Assembly (NCBI GenBank): GCA_008369845.1
Contig: MRSU01010815.1
Coordinates: 1-38,967 of the forward strand
Length of the DNA stretch: 38,967 nt
Source: Trichomonas gallinae
Taxonomy: Eukaryota
Direction: 5' to 3'
The translations under genes and the position numbers were made by a program. Positions 1 to 10,285 of this stretch are shown piece after piece; the stretch's first letter is position 1, and each line of letters starts with the position of its first letter. A model generated the notes under the pieces. That model did not search any database. It saw only the letters and a program-made list of their open reading frames with translations, and was not told where the DNA came from.

Positions 1-655
1 CAGTAGTTTGCCTTCAGTGGACAACTACCCGTTTATGGTAACCTTAAAAATATAGGGGCCACCTTCGGTCAACCAGTTTAGAATATTCGAAATTAAAATT
101 TAATTCGTTATTTCTCATTTAGACTCAAGGATTATAGTTTTCTATTCATAAGTTTTAAATATAAAGCCAATAACAATTAGAGAGTTTATTTGCTTTTTCA
201 ATTCCCGTAAATATATTATTCTTAATATTAGATTAGTATTAACTTCACAATAAAGTCAATAGCATATATATGGTTGATTTCCATTCTAAATTCTCGTAAA
301 TACGATTAGAAAAATGTTTGACATTTGTCAAAATTATAAAAAAAATTCTCGGTATAGAACAAAATCATGCATTAGATTGTTATAGTGATATCAAATAAAA
401 AAGATATTGAATTTTCGGTAGATTTTATAGAATTGAATATGAAATTATCTTCCTTTCAAATTTATCTTATATTATTATGATACTACAAATATTATAGACA
501 AAATTGATCAAAAAAAATTACAAAGCCAATAATGATGAAAAACAGAATATATACAATAAGATAATAATATATTTCAATTAAAAATGAATTTTTTGATTTC
601 CTTTCAAAGTTTAAAAACCGTTTGACCAGATTAAATTAAATCTGTTCAGTGAGGA

Positions 656-910
656 ATGTCGCACGTCTTCCTGAACATTTTGGTCACTAAGCTTAGGTCA
701 GACCAGGCTTACAAGCATATTGCCTTTATCGGCAATAGGTACTTGCCAGCCTTGACTAAGTCTTATTTCTCATACTTAACACATCCTGTCTTTAAGGATG
801 TTTCCGGTCTCACAGTTTACAAATGCACTTTCAAACACGGCGTAGCTTCTGTTATTAATGTTCAAGGTAATCCATGGGAAACAACTCAAAAGAAGCCCAA
901 CGACCTTTAG
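656..910 (+). CDS. Small hypothetical protein (84 aa)
   Basis: ATG-started ORF forming a GC-richer island in AT-rich DNA, with C-ending codons (GTC, TTC, AAC, TAC, GCC, GGC) like the highly expressed genes here; no recognisable domain. Confidence 0.65.
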   Translation: MSHVFLNILVTKLRSDQAYKHIAFIGNRYLPALTKSYFSYLTHPVFKDVSGLTVYKCTFKHGVASVINVQGNPWETTQKKPNDL

Positions 911-1202
911 CCTTCGGGCACCACAAAATATGAGTTTTTTGATGATTTTTATTTTATACTTATATGTAAAATATTTTCGTTTTATCAAAAATATCTTTTT
1001 AATTTCATTTGTTTTATTGCTTTTAATGGCAGTAAATGTATATGTAGATGCATAATTATTTATTACAAATATACAAAAGAACAAAAATCTAATAGAAAAT
1101 TATTATAAACTAATGAAAATGATTATTTCCTGCAACTGAATAAATGCATAAGCATCTGGTTACACCAAATGCATATTAAACTGATCCCGTGATGAAAAAA
1201 AA

Positions 1203-2021
1203 TTATTTTGTAGTTGCAAGACTTGTTTTAGAGCGCGCTGATGATCGTGTAGATAATGGCTCATCTGCGTGCAACGAGCAATGAGGTCCTAGCCACATTG
1301 CGTTTTGCTTCATATATCTATCATGAATTGATTCGCTTCTTGATCGCGAAGATGCAGGTGCATTCGGTATATTGAGGCGTGGAACGGTTGGAGCTCCTGG
1401 TTCTGGTTGTCTATTTGCATATGTTGATATGGATCTTGTAGAAGTTCTTGCAGTTGATGGACGTGTTGCATATAGTCTTGCGGTTTCTGGGCGTGAAGTA
1501 TAAGCTGTTTCAGGACGAGAATAAGTTTTTCCGAAATTTTCTGTGCGAGAGTATGATCTTGTAGTGCTATCCGCGCGGGATACTGTTCTTACTATTGATT
1601 TAGCTTGTTGTGCCTGCTGTAATTCGCAATATGGGAAAAGTTGGAAACTTAATTCAAGAGTTCCAAATCTTTGTCCATTGGAATCGTCAAGTCCAGCCTC
1701 AACATCGAATATTGTTGGTGTTAGGTCTTCATTCGCTTGATAAATCTCGTAAAAATCAAATGTGCATGCAGCTTTTATTCCAGTATCGCCGCATCCATTT
1801 AATACAGAGAAAGTTGTTTTAATATTGGAAAACGTTGATTGACTAAAAACGATTCTTTTGCCTTTATTGTAAGTTAATTTGCAAATTGTTGTCAATTTTG
1901 GGTACATAGTAACTTCGGCGGAGCCACTAATTTCCATCACAAGTGGATATGACTGGCTTTTCATATTCTTGCATGTGATGCTTTTCACGATGACCTCGAA
2001 GACCAAATCTTCAGAAGTCAT
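1203..2021 (-). CDS. Hypothetical protein: N-terminal C2-like domain (MAP10/DUF4497-like) and Ser/Thr/Arg-rich tail with RPxTA repeats
   Basis: Likely start MTSEDL at 2021. Segments LVFEVIVKSI, VTMYP, YNKGKRIVF and LDDSNGQRFGTLELSFQL resemble the MAP10 N-terminal C2 domain (by eye); tail SRPETA-YT-SRPETA-RLYA-TRPSTA. Confidence 0.7.
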   Translation of the reverse strand: MTSEDLVFEVIVKSITCKNMKSQSYPLVMEISGSAEVTMYPKLTTICKLTYNKGKRIVFSQSTFSNIKTTFSVLNGCGDTGIKAACTFDFYEIYQANEDLTPTIFDVEAGLDDSNGQRFGTLELSFQLFPYCELQQAQQAKSIVRTVSRADSTTRSYSRTENFGKTYSRPETAYTSRPETARLYATRPSTARTSTRSISTYANRQPEPGAPTVPRLNIPNAPASSRSRSESIHDRYMKQNAMWLGPHCSLHADEPLSTRSSARSKTSLATTK

Positions 2022-2129
2022 TTTTAACGTATAATTAATTTTTTTATTTCTAAAAGCTATATATGGGATAATTAACAATTAAATAATTGATTTCGCAAAT
2101 AATTTTATTAGGTTTCCGATAAATTTAAA

Positions 2130-2716
2130 CAATAAAATATCTGACCACTTCAAAAAAATGCATTTGAGATATCACGAATATCGAATTATTCATATTTTTA
2201 CCAATTTAAGCGGAAATCAACATATAAATCTTGTATTCTCTATATTAATACAAATTGTTTATTAAAGTTTTTTTGATTTGAGAAAAACTTGTAATTGTGG
2301 CAGTATATCCATAAATTAAGTATCAAAATGCCATATTTCATTAGTTTGTTTCTAGAAAGCATAAATTGACTTAATAACATTGCAAATTTATATATTTTTT
2401 CTTGTTTAACTATTTTATCCTTGCAGAATTATTAGACAATGATAAAGAAAATTACAGCAATTGATATAATAGATTCTATTCATTCTCGTGTACAATCAAT
2501 GAGGATTAATTGATATCTGTTTCATGAACAATGCAACGTAGTATGACAACACAATGATGATCGAATTTTGAAGCATAAATCAAAGCTGATTTGTTGTAAA
2601 TAACTTTTCTTTTGGCATTCATTCCAGGAACTGATAACTTTATCATCTTGATGATATATATTTCTCGCAAACAAGCCTTTGTTGATAAATTCTTGAGGAA
2701 ATTTTTGAAGAAACAT
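2130..2716 (-). pseudogene. Decayed ankyrin-repeat gene remnant
   Basis: A minus-strand frame other than the listed ORF reads NAKRKVIYNKSALIYASKFDHHCVVILRCIVHETDIN*; DNA (cagttcctggaat, cagctttgatt, catcat..gttgtc) resembles the ankyrin units at 20886-21400; FEVVRYFI fragment near 2150. Boundaries approximate. Confidence 0.4.
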
Positions 2717-2765
2717 GAAATTTATAAAATGATGATAATTTGATGAAACAAATATAATAGAATCT

Positions 2766-4865
2766 TTATTGTGTAGTATTTTGTGGCTCAGCTGGAGTCT
2801 CGTATTTCTTCTGATATTTCTTGCATAAATCGCTAATCTCCTTAGCCTTCTTGTCTTTTCCTCTAGCCTTAGATGTCTGTCTGATCACCCCATCGACGTC
2901 TATTCCATCATGTTCGAGGATGAATTTAACAGTCTCGACATCATTCTTTGTTGCTGCAATCATTATAGCCTTAGCATTTGTTCCTGTATTCGGCTGCAAA
3001 TCTTTGCTCTCGAACAAAGCTTTAACAACCTCAAGCGCATTGTTAGACATGCATGCGTAGTGAAGGGGAGCATAGCCGGCGTTGTCTAAGGCATTGACAT
3101 CTACAGCGTCAACGCCCAACAATATCTGCACTGATTCCACAGAGCCACATCTAGCTGCGTAATGCAGTGGAGTCATGTTTGAGGCATCCGGCTCTGTAGC
3201 ACTGGCGCCAGCCTTCAATGCCGCCTTGATGAAGCCTGAATCTAAGGACTCAGCCGCGATGTGTGTGATTGTTTTTCCGTCCTCGTCTTTCTCGCTTGCA
3301 TCAGATCTCGCCAAGACGGCCTCGAAAAGCTCCAGCGACGTTGATCCTGCAGCAACGTGCAGCATAGAGCTGCCATACATGTTTTTCACTGTCAAATCTA
3401 CGCGTTTATCGTTTGCTAGAACGATGCATGCTTCGATTTCGTCGCTTCCGAACGCGCTCATTATCGGCGTCATTCCTTCCTCGTCTACCTGGTTGACGTC
3501 GATATCATCGCGCGACAACAATTTCTTGAGGCTTGTTATGTAGCCACCTATTGCAGCATATGCCAATGCTGTCATTCCGTTCATATCTGTTTCGTCGACT
3601 TTGATGTCTTTGATTTCGAGCAATCTTGATGTTATATCGTCGCAGCACTCTTCGACTGATATTATTAGCGGTGTCCTTCCATCTGAGTCTGCTGCGTTGA
3701 CGTCTGCTCTGCCTGTAGATAGGACCAGTTCGACCATTGCAAGAGATCTAGAAAGAATTGCGGTGTGAAGTGCGTTAAAACCGCTCTGATCTGTCTCATT
3801 TACATCAAAGCCGTCTTCAATAAGCTTGATTGCTAGGTCAAAGTTGAGTCTCATGATTGAACAATGAAGAACTGGTGGAAAATCTCTGCTAGTTTGGTTC
3901 TTCTGCTCTTCGTACAACCAGTCGAACACCTCGCGCTGGTGGAAGATGGCAGCAACATGTAGACAGCCGTCAAATGAGAAATTCTCATCTTTAAGCATTT
4001 TGATAATTTCTATATTTCCGCCTGCAACAGCATAACGGGCGTGTGTAGGATCTTGCTTTATTTCTGGGAATTTAGGTAAATATTGGAGCATAATGAAGTC
4101 GACAATCTGTCTAGAACCATAGAAAAGCGCGTAATCAAAAATTGTTGGTGTTTTAATTATGAAAATATTTGGATCATATATAGTAGCTTCAAGTTCTTTA
4201 TTTATGTTGAACTTAGATGTTATAGTATCGAACTTGAAATCTGATAATTTGTCGTTGCGAATTGCATATGAAAGACTATTTTTAACACCGTCGTTTTCTC
4301 TGTTTTGTTTAAGTGCTGTCCAGTTGTTTACTTTGATTTTAGCTAAATCACCCATCCATTTTGGCTGAGATTCTCTAAATTGAGCTAATATGTTTTTGAA
4401 AAGTGCTGGTTTGTATTTTTCTAAATCTGGGCCTAAGAATAGATATAATATGTAATTATCATCTCTCTCAAATAGCTCATCAGTGAAAAGCTGCTCTAAA
4501 TGATCAATGATGGATGTTTTTTCTATGTTAAGTTTATCAACACAGTTCATAAAGAATATGGCGTTGTGAGATGTGAGTTTCCCAAATGGTTTCGGGTTGC
4601 TGTTCTTGAAAATTTGGATGAGTGTATTTATTTGTTTTTCCAAAGGCGATTTTTCAAGGAATTTTGTAGCTAATTCGGACAAAATTTTCAGTTTCTTTGG
4701 TTTAACATATGTGAATTCGAGTAATAATTTAGTGATTTCAAATGGATCAGATGTTTTCTTATAAATTTTCGACTCGAGTATCCAATTCGTTATCTCCTCG
4801 ATGCCCTGCTCACTGAGATTATCAATTTTCAGCTGAAACTCTCTGTAGTCCTGGGCAATTTGCAT
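2766..4865 (-). CDS. Ankyrin-repeat protein (trichomonad DUF3447-associated type)
   Basis: Many ankyrin units (GFNALHTA, GRTPLIIS, GMTALAYA, NMTPLHYA, GYAPLHYA) preceded by a PTIFDYALFYGS / YAVAGGNIEII block typical of parabasalid ankyrin proteins; likely start MQIAQ at 4865. Confidence 0.9.
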   Translation of the reverse strand: MQIAQDYREFQLKIDNLSEQGIEEITNWILESKIYKKTSDPFEITKLLLEFTYVKPKKLKILSELATKFLEKSPLEKQINTLIQIFKNSNPKPFGKLTSHNAIFFMNCVDKLNIEKTSIIDHLEQLFTDELFERDDNYILYLFLGPDLEKYKPALFKNILAQFRESQPKWMGDLAKIKVNNWTALKQNRENDGVKNSLSYAIRNDKLSDFKFDTITSKFNINKELEATIYDPNIFIIKTPTIFDYALFYGSRQIVDFIMLQYLPKFPEIKQDPTHARYAVAGGNIEIIKMLKDENFSFDGCLHVAAIFHQREVFDWLYEEQKNQTSRDFPPVLHCSIMRLNFDLAIKLIEDGFDVNETDQSGFNALHTAILSRSLAMVELVLSTGRADVNAADSDGRTPLIISVEECCDDITSRLLEIKDIKVDETDMNGMTALAYAAIGGYITSLKKLLSRDDIDVNQVDEEGMTPIMSAFGSDEIEACIVLANDKRVDLTVKNMYGSSMLHVAAGSTSLELFEAVLARSDASEKDEDGKTITHIAAESLDSGFIKAALKAGASATEPDASNMTPLHYAARCGSVESVQILLGVDAVDVNALDNAGYAPLHYACMSNNALEVVKALFESKDLQPNTGTNAKAIMIAATKNDVETVKFILEHDGIDVDGVIRQTSKARGKDKKAKEISDLCKKYQKKYETPAEPQNTTQ

Positions 4866-5467
4866 TTTGATTTTTTTTATCGTCCTCGGACACAAACCAA
4901 AAATTTTGGTGATTTTGCATCAACAATTTTTATTTCTTTTGATATAATTTTTTGTTGTAGATCTATATATCCGTTGAGCACGCCGAAATTTTTGAATTTT
5001 TTGTTGCAATTTTTTACAATTTATAAAATCGCATTTTTCTCAAAATGTCATTCATATTTTGTTTTTTAAATATAATATATCAATAGTATATACTGTTATA
5101 TATAGTATTATTTTACTACAAATCAATTTTATTCTGTAGATCTTTCAAAAAAATCACATTTTATATTACGACTAAAAAAATATTAAAAAAAATATCAACT
5201 TATATAAATACAAAATTATTCTTTCTTTCGTCATTTAAAACAATCCACAAAATTTGTGACATTTTCATCAACATTTTTATAATGAAATAATGATATCTTA
5301 CTTTTTTGGCATCATATGATTAAATGATTAATTAGCTAATGATGTATAAGTTTACTTGATGGTTAAGAAGCAACAATTTTTGAAATTTTTCGTTGCTGTT
5401 GAAAAAATTGTTGAAATTCTAAATAATAAAGGTTGATTTTATAATAAAAAGATTGAACCAAAGAAAT

Positions 5468-6739
5468 TTAGTTGTATTGCATGTATGAAGGAGTAGCAGA
5501 GAATTTCGCATAACCCTTAATAACCTTGTTAATGGCATCTAAGAAGTCTCTCTCTGTTGTTGCTTTTCTACGAGCACGGATAGCGAACAAGGCAGCCTCA
5601 GTGCAGACAGATCTAATATCAGCACCTGTGGCGTTCGGGCAAAGACGAGCGAGCAAGTCGAAACGGACGCCACGCTCAACGCTCATAACGCGTGTATGTA
5701 TCTGGAATATATGTTTGCGGCCCTCAAGCTCTGGAAGTGAGAATTCAATCTTTCTATCGAGACGACCTGGACGCATAAGCGCAGGATCGAGAGTATCTGG
5801 ACGGTTTGTAGCCATAAGGACTTTAATATTACCACGGGCATCGAAACCATCAAGCTGTGTAATTAATTCAAGCATTGTACGCTGAACTTCGTTTTCACCA
5901 CCTTCGGAGTCACCACTTCTAGCACCACCGAAAGCATCGACTTCATCGAAGAAAATAATGCAAGATTTCTTGCTGCGAGCCATTTGGAAGATTTCACGAA
6001 CCATTCTAGCGCCTTCACCGATATACTTCTGGACAAGTTCGCTACCAATGACACGGATGAAGACTGATTCTGTTCTGTTTGCGACGGCTCTTGCAAGCAA
6101 TGTTTTACCAGTACCTGGCGGACCGTAGAGAAGAACGCCCTTTGGAGGATCAATACCAAGGGTCTGGAAGCGCTCTGGGTGAAGTAATGGCATTTCGATG
6201 ATTTCTCTGAGTTTATCGATCTGTTCGTGGCATCCACCGATATCTGCGTATGTTATATCTGGCTTTTCTTCGACTTGCATAGTTGTGACGATTGGGTCAA
6301 TACGTGGAGGAAGTGGGAGTTGAATCGCATATCTTCTGCGATCAACACCGACACGCATACCTTCAGTAATATCTGAAGGAGCGAGGCCTTTGCCAATACT
6401 GACAACGAATTTTGCGACGTGACTGATTGAGATAATATAGCGTGGTTTGTCGTCTGATGGGAGAATTTTTTCGCAGGTAGCAACATTGAGTGGTTCTTGA
6501 GCTGTAATGTTGTTCTTATCACCGTCAAAGTCCCACTGTGACATAGGAGCAAGACCTGTGTCAGACTCCTTGACACCTTTTGTCTTATCAATTAATGTTG
6601 CAAGTTCGCGAATATCCTTTTCTGTGCTTCTGATTTTATCTGAGTATGGGCCCTTTGAGAATGTTTCGAAAATGTTTAAATCGCCCTCATCAAGCTGGAC
6701 AACATCATCCTCTGGGTTAGAAGGATCAGGCTTACTCAT
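5468..6739 (-). CDS. RPT1: 26S proteasome AAA-ATPase regulatory subunit 7 (Rpt1/PSMC2)
   Basis: [12 protein letters not shown]-terminal signature, Walker A GPPGTGKT, Walker B IIFFDE, second region of homology RPGRLDRK, C-terminus [11 protein letters not shown]. Confidence 0.96.
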   Translation of the reverse strand: MSKPDPSNPEDDVVQLDEGDLNIFETFSKGPYSDKIRSTEKDIRELATLIDKTKGVKESDTGLAPMSQWDFDGDKNNITAQEPLNVATCEKILPSDDKPRYIISISHVAKFVVSIGKGLAPSDITEGMRVGVDRRRYAIQLPLPPRIDPIVTTMQVEEKPDITYADIGGCHEQIDKLREIIEMPLLHPERFQTLGIDPPKGVLLYGPPGTGKTLLARAVANRTESVFIRVIGSELVQKYIGEGARMVREIFQMARSKKSCIIFFDEVDAFGGARSGDSEGGENEVQRTMLELITQLDGFDARGNIKVLMATNRPDTLDPALMRPGRLDRKIEFSLPELEGRKHIFQIHTRVMSVERGVRFDLLARLCPNATGADIRSVCTEAALFAIRARRKATTERDFLDAINKVIKGYAKFSATPSYMQYN

Positions 6740-6787
6740 CTTTTTAATTATTTTTTTCTATCGTCCTATGATTGGGCGGAGGAAGGT

Positions 6788-6795
6788 GTCACTTT
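6788..6795 (-). promoter_or_regulatory. AAAGTGAC core-promoter motif (M2-like) upstream of RPT1
   Basis: Exact AAAGTGAC on the minus strand ~50 bp before the ATG; the same 8-mer occurs at 35520-35527 upstream of another gene; matches my recollection of a Trichomonas core-promoter motif. Confidence 0.55.
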
Positions 6796-7137
6796 TAGAG
6801 AATTTTTTGATCTCTTTTTTACTTGATATTTTTGATCTCTATATAGATATCATCGGTAAATTTTCATTTTTACAAAAATTTTAAAGATCATATTTTTGGA
6901 AATTTCATAATCAATGATGACCAATAAGATATCTATATATAAGTCCCAAAATATTACAATTCATAGTCATTGGAATGTTGAAATTTTTAAATTGATTCAT
7001 AATCAAATCAAAATTAGTTGAATTTTAAAATTCTATTGAAGGTATCGTATATATGGGCAAATATAAGATTAAATGTCTATTAGTTGATAGATGATTCCTA
7101 TATAATTATGAGATAAAAAGAAAAAACCATTTTCATT

Positions 7138-7184
7138 CTAATTTACATGGCAAAATTTTATTTACAAGATTTTACATGACAAAA
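7138..7184. promoter_or_regulatory. Cluster of TTTACATG(A/T/G)CAAA elements (2 copies)
   Basis: tttacatggcaaaa at 7142 and tttacatgacaaaa at 7171, 23-65 bp before ATG 7207. Confidence 0.55.
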
Positions 7185-7206
7185 GTAGACGTTTAAAATA
7201 TTAAAA

Positions 7207-7527
7207 ATGAGTTCGAAATATTATCGCAGAGAACCGACAATGGCTTATGAAAGGACTGGACTTACATATGAGCAACGATATAGAGACATTGTAGATGCTT
7301 ATTGGAAGCTCAGCACAACAGAACAGACCGAAGAAGAACAAAACTATCAAAATCTAGTCTCAGAGATGAAAATTGCTGCTGAGCAGTATTCAACAGAAAT
7401 CAACAAATATGCAGAAGAATACGAAAGACTTTTAGAAGAAAACAAACGTCTAGAAGAGGATTATCGATGGACATTATTTGCTTTAGACGTAGAGCAGAAG
7501 CTTAAAGATCTTAGAAATAAGATTTAA
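7207..7527 (+). CDS. Small coiled-coil hypothetical protein (106 aa)
   Basis: AAAATG start context, E/K/Q-rich heptad pattern, coding-like composition. Confidence 0.8.
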   Translation: MSSKYYRREPTMAYERTGLTYEQRYRDIVDAYWKLSTTEQTEEEQNYQNLVSEMKIAAEQYSTEINKYAEEYERLLEENKRLEEDYRWTLFALDVEQKLKDLRNKI

Positions 7528-7818
7528 CTAATATAATAGAATTTAATTCACCGGGTTTTCAACCTCTTGATTAAATTCTTTGGTAAAAATATCAAATACC
7601 AAAATACTATCACATCTAGCATCTCTCAAAACAATTGTTATAACACTCAAGCCATGAATAAGAAATAACGAAGCACAAAAGTCAGATTCAATTTTGACTA
7701 TCAAATTATAAGTAGTAACTTTACACCTCACTGGATAATATGGGAAAATAATGAATCACAAATGTCGGAGCCAATATCCAATTTAATTGAAATTGAAGTT
7801 GACTAAAATTGTTATTCT

Positions 7819-7927
7819 CTAATTTACATGTCAAAATATTATATTTTTGTCAATAATTTTTACATGACGAAAATCTAATTTACATGTCATAAATTTAATT
7901 TTGTCATAGAATATTTACATGACAAAT
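7819..7927. promoter_or_regulatory. Cluster of TTTACATG(A/T)C elements (4 copies plus partial inverted copies)
   Basis: Copies at 7823, 7859, 7879 and 7914; partial tttgtca inverted halves at ~7846 and ~7900. Confidence 0.5.
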
Positions 7928-8100
7928 TAGATGAAGAAAATCTCGTGAAAAATTTGATCGATGTTCGAAAAATTTTAGAGATTTTGCATAAATATTGCCA
8001 AATGAATGCGAATGCGACATAAAAAATTAATTCAAATATTTACATCCCTTGATCGTCTTAGTGAATTTGAACAGGTCTGTTAGAATCGCCAAATTGGGAT

Positions 8101-9351
8101 ATGGCTCAGTACCTTCTCCTATCTTTCAACCAGAAAGTCCCTCAATCCGCGGGTGGACGCTCATTAGACTCTATAGTTCAAGCTGCTGTGCAGGGATTTG
8201 GTAATGTTAAGAATTTCAACGTTTCAAATGAACTTGCTAAGTTCACATCAACTGATCAGCTCATGTCAATTGCTGATGAAATCGCCAAAGTTGACACAAT
8301 TGCTTTTGGTCTTGTTACACGTGCTGCACGCTCAATCACAGATCTTGCTAAAAAGATCCAAGCAGATAATCAAACTGGCTATCAGGACATTTGCCCACAA
8401 GAGACATTCGCTACAATCGAGCCACCAAAGCTCCTTATCGAAGTCGATGACGACAATGATGAGGAACAGATGAGATTGGACGAATTCCTCGAGAAATGGA
8501 AATGGATTGAGGCCACATTCTCATCAAACAAACCAATTAACGAAATGTTCGCAAATCTTCAACAAGAAGTCACCAGAAAGGAAGATGAATTACGTACTTC
8601 CGGCGCTGCTTTCACAGAAGCACAGCAACGCCTTCAGAACCTTCGCCGTCGTAACGAAGGCAGCCTTCTTGTTCGTTCACTTGACTCAATCGGATCAAAG
8701 ATGCAGCTCGTCAAGTCCCTTGAGGACTACAAGGCATCCAAGGCTGTTAAAGCCCCAATCTACGTCGATACAGAGAACCTCACAACAGTTCTCGTCGTCG
8801 TTCGCACTGCTAATATTGCCCAGTTCGAAAAGCAGTACGATCTCAATGAGAACTACGTAGTTCCAAACTCCCTCCAGAAGCTTGAGGCTGATAACGACTT
8901 CGCTTGCTACGCTGTTACAATCCTTCGTACAAATGTCGACGATTACAAGACAGCCACAAAGGAACATGGCTGGCAGGTTCGTGACTTCGTTTACAGCCAG
9001 ACAATGCGCGAAGACATCCGCAGAGAAGGAAAGGAAGCTGTTGAAAACTATCTCACACAAACCACAAAATACAAGGATATCCTTTGCAACGCCTTCTCCC
9101 ACATCTCTACAGTTTGGACACACGTCCGTGCTCTCCGCGTTTTCGTTGAATCTACACTTCTCTACGGTATTCCACCGAACTTCAGAGCTTACCTCGTCAA
9201 GACAACAGCAAAGTCTGCTATCCGCATCCACAAGAACCTCGAGGCTACATTTGGCGACGATCTTGCCGTTGATGATGACGAAAATGTTGAGGTCGAAAGT
9301 GAGTACCATCCATATGTTTCATTTAGCTTTAACCTTCTTGGTTTAATTTAG
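8101..9351 (+). CDS. VMA5: V-type H+-ATPase V1 subunit C
   Basis: GSLLVRSL, VVPNS, VRDFVY, WTHVRALRVFVESTLLYGIPPNF and C-terminal EYHPYVSF motifs of V-ATPase subunit C; high-expression codon bias. Confidence 0.92.
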   Translation: MAQYLLLSFNQKVPQSAGGRSLDSIVQAAVQGFGNVKNFNVSNELAKFTSTDQLMSIADEIAKVDTIAFGLVTRAARSITDLAKKIQADNQTGYQDICPQETFATIEPPKLLIEVDDDNDEEQMRLDEFLEKWKWIEATFSSNKPINEMFANLQQEVTRKEDELRTSGAAFTEAQQRLQNLRRRNEGSLLVRSLDSIGSKMQLVKSLEDYKASKAVKAPIYVDTENLTTVLVVVRTANIAQFEKQYDLNENYVVPNSLQKLEADNDFACYAVTILRTNVDDYKTATKEHGWQVRDFVYSQTMREDIRREGKEAVENYLTQTTKYKDILCNAFSHISTVWTHVRALRVFVESTLLYGIPPNFRAYLVKTTAKSAIRIHKNLEATFGDDLAVDDDENVEVESEYHPYVSFSFNLLGLI

Positions 9352-9681
9352 GAATAAAATAATCTTTCTTCTTTTCATAATTTAAATCTGTAAATAAAAT
9401 TAATAATAATCTCAAATCTATCCAAAAACTGTTTCACAAATATTTTCCTTGACCAATGCTAGTAATATAAGCGACGGTCATGCTAAAAAAATGAAAAAAT
9501 ATATTTTCAAAAAAATATATCTACAACGATGGACAACATAAAATCGTTGAAATAACTAAGTAAAATTTTTGTATTTCATTGGTTAATTGCTTTGTCGTTT
9601 TCGTTGTAGATTTGGATGATATAATTTTCAGACAATCTTTTTTACTAATAATAACCGATGTGCAACTAGTTTCCTGGTGAT

Positions 9682-9858
9682 TTATGGCTTTTTGATGTGC
9701 TTAGATCCGACTTTCCTGATACGGCTCTTCTTTTCTAAAGAAACTGGGTGCTTCTTGAGGGCCTGTTCGACGTAGCGGGCAGCAATACCACCGATTGGGT
9801 GATCGCGCTGCATCTGATCAAACATCTGCTGAAGTGCCTTCTGATTAGGAACGTTCAT
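9682..9858 (-). CDS. Basic 58-aa microprotein (not in the ORF track)
   Basis: Reads MNVPNQKALQQMFDQMQRDHPIGGIAARYVEQALKKHPVSLEKKSRIRKVGSKHIKKP*; fills the GC-rich island; preferred codons (CAG, AAG, GCC, CGC, TAC, GTC); stop lies within TAAA, the trichomonad polyadenylation-signal pattern. Confidence 0.75.
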   Translation of the reverse strand: MNVPNQKALQQMFDQMQRDHPIGGIAARYVEQALKKHPVSLEKKSRIRKVGSKHIKKP

Positions 9859-10285
9859 CAAAGTTTTATGTCGAAAAAATTTTTTTGTGTAAACAAAAAC
9901 AAAGGAAAATATTTTGCAAAAATTTATGTTATTTATCTAATTTTCTCATTAAAAATGAATTTTATAAAAAATCAAATTTGATCATTTGTATTTATTTTAT
10001 GAATAATTCAATTTATCATCAAAATTTCTTGATTATTTCATGATTGTCAAATCCATCTTTCTATTTTTTAATTTTTAGGCTTTGTATTATGAATGATTTT
10101 ATTTGTATTCATGAATATATCATATCTATCTTCTTTATTTTAAATTTGTGACAAATTCTTTTTATTTTCAATATATTTTCATGGTAAGCAGTAGTATAAG
10201 CTTAATCTATAATTGTATTATTTAACAAAAAGATAACCATCTAGGTGGTTCCATGAAATATTATATTTTTACTAAACAAAACAAA

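Noticed and set aside
2766..4865. GC shift between the N-terminal and repeat halves of the ankyrin gene as a sign of chimerism or transfer
   Set aside because: Similar 5'-AT to 3'-GC gradients occur in several other genes in this window
8695..9309. Long antisense or alternate-frame ORFs over VMA5 (likewise over RPT1, enolase, Rh, Rab and ankyrin genes)
   Set aside because: Expected shadows of strongly biased codon usage; no motifs of their own
9748..9981. Listed 77-aa plus-strand ORF
   Set aside because: Non-ATG start and runs into AT-rich filler; the island is better explained by the minus-strand 58-aa ORF
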